From assembly GCF_902652985.1 (NCBI RefSeq), contig NC_047031.1, forward strand, positions 17,608,001 to 17,672,000: a stretch of 64,000 nucleotides of DNA, written 5' to 3'. This DNA is from Pecten maximus. Taxonomy: Eukaryota. The notes under the pieces were generated by a model. That model was not told where the DNA came from, did not search any database, and was given only the letters and a program-made list of their open reading frames with translations. Every line of letters begins with the position of its first letter. The first letter of the stretch is position 1. The position numbers and the translations under genes are program-made. Shown here one piece after another: positions 61,731 to 64,000 of this stretch.

Positions 61731-64000
61731 TCTGTTGAATGTTGCGTAATTTAGTTAGTTACTTCTAATTAGTTTTGGTAAGGACAAGCATCATAAAAGA
61801 TCTAGATATATGTCACATTATAGTCAATAAGGCTGACTAAACAAATGGTTCAACTAATTTGGTCAATGATGAAAAATAATTCTGTATCAACAAGATATAT
61901 CTGTGAATATCCGGAAGCGTCGACACTATCTCCATCAGGTTACTGACCAGTCATATAAAATTACTACATCGTCAAAACGCTTGATCATGATAGACCATAT
62001 TAGGAACCGGAAACATCAAATTAAAAAGAAAAGCGACAATACTTTATCAATCCGGAAAACCGTTCTGAATAATATTTAAAGATAAAAGTACACACAGGTT
62101 ACTGGTATCGTATCCATAAATCCCGATGTACTTTTATAAGTGTGTGTTTACTGATATTCAGATTTAAGAGGGTCAGTGACAGTTTGTGTTTGTTCAGGAA
62201 TGGAAATGTAGTAAACTTTTATAGGCTTTTCAAGATATTAAGTATATGTCTATCTAGTTTTATAACAACGTGTGTTTGATGACAGTTATTGCATATAAAT
62301 CATTAAGCGAAGACAAGCATATTATTAACATTACACTATACTACAATTATAAATACGTTTATGTTGAAACCAGTTTTACTTATATCGAAACTCTACATAT
62401 CTGATGGATATCGAAATTCAATGGTATTTTTCAGTATCATGTTATTAAAATTATAATGTATCAATACTCTTTTTCTGCTATATCATAACCACAGCTTCAG
62501 GGAAATACAAACTCTTACCTATTACCAGTACCATCTGTGCAGGACAAGAAAATATTTTTTGATATAATGTAAACGATTTCGCAATAAGGAAAGATATTAC
62601 TATTGCAGATGTTCGATGTAAAAACGCAAAACACATTGATAGATGTTATATAAGATTAAGTATCAAAGCAAAAAATGTATGTTTATACTTTTATGCATGC
62701 ATATGCATATTTATTTTACAGTTCAACTTCCTTACGACACATTGTGTTCTTGTTGAAGTATAAATCAAAGCTTTATTGAGAATGTGGCATTATTTTGCGC
62801 TTTATCACGTAATTCGTAATAAAAATAACACATTTACACATGAAGCTCAAGTACGCATCAGACGACTGGCATTTCAAAATGTCGCTTTTGTTTTTTATGG
62901 ATTGAACCAACAAGAAATTATTATCGTAAAAATTTGCATAGCACTTTTAGAGATAAGTGGAAATGTGTGTTTCCTAGGCCATAAACCGCCATGAAAACTC
63001 GTAGTGGTATCATTACAATACATGGGCAGGCAAAGGTCAGCTCACTAAAGTACACCTGGTCTCCATCCTACGCTCTTACCTGGTCGCACCTGTAGACAGG
63101 TGTCGATGTACCGTTATAGAAGAGTTCTAATGTTATTTGTACTTTTAGCCCCACCCTCGACAGTAGTAACCATGTCCAGGCTTAACTCAGGTCACCTGGA
63201 TTTGTATGTCAGGACAGGAGACGTTTCCTATATACTTTTATTACCCTGTGACTACAGGATCAAGCGTAAATATAAGTCGATTTCATTTCTCCTGCCGTTC
63301 AATAAAGTCATACGTACTTTTGTGTATACATTACAATATTCAGATTTGTTCGTATCCCAGCAGTTATATGTTTTGTTTTATTTCCTTCTTATTGTATTAT
63401 ATAGTCCACATTGGGATATTACCTTAAGATATTAAGCTTCCTTGTACGGTAATAAGTTAGACTTGACCAGTGCTCTTTCATTTAATCGTTGTTTGTTAAG
63501 GTATGTTTCTCATTCGGAGGATGTAAGATAACAGTATATGACCTACAGTATATTGTCGATGAGGACGAAGACGCTTACTTTTCCGAAGCATTCAATGATC
63601 TCAATGTGAATCTCAATATTGTTGATAATTTGCCTTCGTTTTGTTAATTATGAGTACGTTTTTTATTAAATGTCAGTACGGTTAAGTTGTTTAAGAACAA
63701 GGGGCTAATATTTCGCGGACGTCCCAATCGCGGGAATAAGATTTTGCACAACACCTTGTAGACATTACTCAGTAAACACTTAAATTAATTGGTGCGTATT
63801 GATAGCTCTTCGCTGGGTATTTATTTTGCGTGCTATTTGATGACTGAGAATATAGCGAAAATATATCTTTCTCGAATATTATCAAATAGGCAGTATCCCC
63901 TGTATTAATACATTGTCTATCATCAAACTGATCAATTCAGGACTTTCCTCCTTCATGACGTCACGTCATACGATTTATCAATATAATTTAAAGACCAACG

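Overview
AT-rich eukaryotic genomic DNA. The repeat content and gene family suggest a bivalve mollusc, which is an inference. Only one protein-coding gene is supported: a minus-strand CYP3-clan cytochrome P450. I reconstructed 11 GT-AG exons of it by hand (46844-55695, 1392 nt, 463 aa plus stop, phases consistent). It has an atypical I-helix (GGGSGTL in place of FAGYETT), and no canonical N-terminal membrane-anchor or proline-hinge exons are visible in the window. The rest is intron or intergenic DNA with minisatellites, tRNA-derived SINEs and several MITE families. The most striking feature is a 6 x 56-bp tandem array at 59147-59482. Each unit folds as a minimal type I hammerhead ribozyme with a palindromic helix III, and all six carry C at the catalytic G12 position. 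Four dispersed degenerate relatives (36.2, 36.6, 50.9, 55.9 kb) retain G12. Almost all ORFs in the supplied track are spurious, apart from those overlapping P450 exons.
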